Of a DNA stretch of 35,935 nt, positions 35,022 to 35,935 are shown one piece after another. Both the position numbers and the translations under genes were made by a program. The stretch lies in IMG/VR virus record IMGVR_UViG_3300027710_000073, positions 1 to 35,935 of that record, one strand, 5' to 3'. Within the stretch, counting starts at the first letter, position 1, and every line of letters begins with the position of its first letter. The notes under the pieces were generated by a model. That model saw only the letters and a program-made list of their open reading frames with translations, made no database searches and was not told the origin of the DNA. Source of the DNA: a virus (Duplodnaviria; Caudoviricetes).

Positions 35022-35040
35022 AATAATATTATACCATAAT

Positions 35041-35050
35041 CCTAGTCAAC
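35041..35050 (-). promoter_or_regulatory. Recurrent GTYRACTAGG motif (copies also at 897-906, 32427-32436 and 35644-35653; variants at 32397 and 33600)
   Basis: Four exact copies of the 10-mer plus two variants; five of the six lie within about 20 bp of a predicted promoter element. Confidence 0.55.
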
Positions 35051-35152
35051 TACAATATTTAATGCATGATCTGAGCAGTAATATCTCATAGATCCATCTT
35101 GTAACATCTTAGATGTATATGATAGCTTATCGCAATAACTACAAAATTTCAT
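35042..35152 (-). CDS. 36-aa zinc-finger peptide (CxxC...CxxH)
   Basis: Manual ORF MKFCSYCDKLSYTSKMLQDGSMRYYCSDHALNIVVD, abutting the HNH stop, with SD AGGA. Confidence 0.65.
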   Translation of the reverse strand: MKFCSYCDKLSYTSKMLQDGSMRYYCSDHALNIVVD

Positions 35153-35434
35153 TTATCCTGCCTTCCGCATTTTTCTTATATGTGTTCTAGCTCTGTGGCA
35201 ATTAGAACATACTACTTCACATTTGGCTATTTCTTCATCGATTCGTTTCTTAGATAACGTATTGATTAGTTCCGCCACGTTTGCATGCTTTTGTCCACGA
35301 ACATGATCGAAGTCCATCATATAGTATGGATAGGATATCTTACAGTCCATACATGGATTCTTCTCTTTAACTTCTTTTAAATAACGTGCCAGATGTTCTT
35401 TTTGTTTCTTGATCGATATCTTCTCTGGAGACAT
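35153..35434 (-). CDS. HNH endonuclease
   Basis: CMDC...DFDH...KCEVVCSNCHRART; start reassigned to ATG 35434 (TATAAT 35446-35441, N6, ATG; leaderless). Confidence 0.85.
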   Translation of the reverse strand: MSPEKISIKKQKEHLARYLKEVKEKNPCMDCKISYPYYMMDFDHVRGQKHANVAELINTLSKKRIDEEIAKCEVVCSNCHRARTHIRKMRKAG

Positions 35435-35475
35435 AAGATAATTATATAACATCCTACGTCTAACCAGAGAGAATA

Positions 35476-35637
35476 TTATCCTTGGTAAACTATAGATGTA
35501 TCAATGAGAGTTGAATCACGAGATACTATATACCCGCCTGTTTGATCTAAAAATTGTTTAGCTGATGCTTCATCAGTTGCTAGTACTTGAACAATCATTT
35601 CTACCTTGTAAGTAAAACATGAACTTTGGTTTGACAT
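35476..35637 (-). CDS. Small hypothetical protein (53 aa)
   Basis: Manual ORF MSNQSSCFTYKVEMIVQVLATDEASAKQFLDQTGGYIVSRD...; SD AGGA and TAGAAT (35669-35664) upstream. Confidence 0.65.
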   Translation of the reverse strand: MSNQSSCFTYKVEMIVQVLATDEASAKQFLDQTGGYIVSRDSTLIDTSIVYQG

Positions 35638-35935
35638 ATTAATCCTAGTCGACTACTTTTTATATTCTACTAAATGTTAATAAAATATTTTTTTAGAGTT
35701 ATACCTACTATATTTGTTTTTATCTTTTTAATGATAACTTCCAGAATTTAAGCATACAACCCCTATACCCCTTTTTGTTTTTTTAACAAAATGAGAACCC
35801 CGAAATGATCGGAGTATAAATCCGCCATTCATCGGTTGAACCTATAGTAGGCCTAGCTATTATCTGAAAGATATTGTAGAATACAACTTCCGTCATCATC
35901 GCACTTGGAGTTTAACCCCTTGATATTATCTCCGA

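Overview
This window is a segment of a tailed dsDNA phage genome (Caudoviricetes, about 40% GC by eye). Several leaderless promoter-ATG arrangements, a holin resembling those of actinophages and the overall gene content suggest a low-GC (freshwater-type) actinobacterial host; this is inference. Almost everything from 1 to 32.3 kb is on the minus strand. In order of transcription it holds a class II B12-dependent ribonucleotide reductase, a holin-like protein with an N-terminal EF-hand loop, and a very large (~27 kb, ~30 genes) cluster of modular tail-fibre/virion-decoration genes. That cluster includes collagen-like, polyglycine, Ig-like, Kelch-like, LamG and S74-chaperone proteins, a triplicated adhesin and a duplicated four-gene cassette. 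It is interrupted by a separately promoted flavin-dependent (tryptophan) halogenase cassette and a zinc-ribbon gene, and is followed by the portal and an HK97-type prohead protease with a nested in-frame scaffold-like start. A short plus-strand operon (secreted lytic transglycosylase and small ORFs) ends in a stand-alone ~90-nt structured ncRNA with its own near-consensus promoter and terminator. The right end holds a DUF6065-like gene, tiny membrane peptides, a zinc finger, an HNH nuclease and two more hairpin-rich non-coding tracts. A GTYRACTAGG motif recurs beside promoters. No tRNA, rRNA, CRISPR array, integrase or reverse transcriptase was seen.
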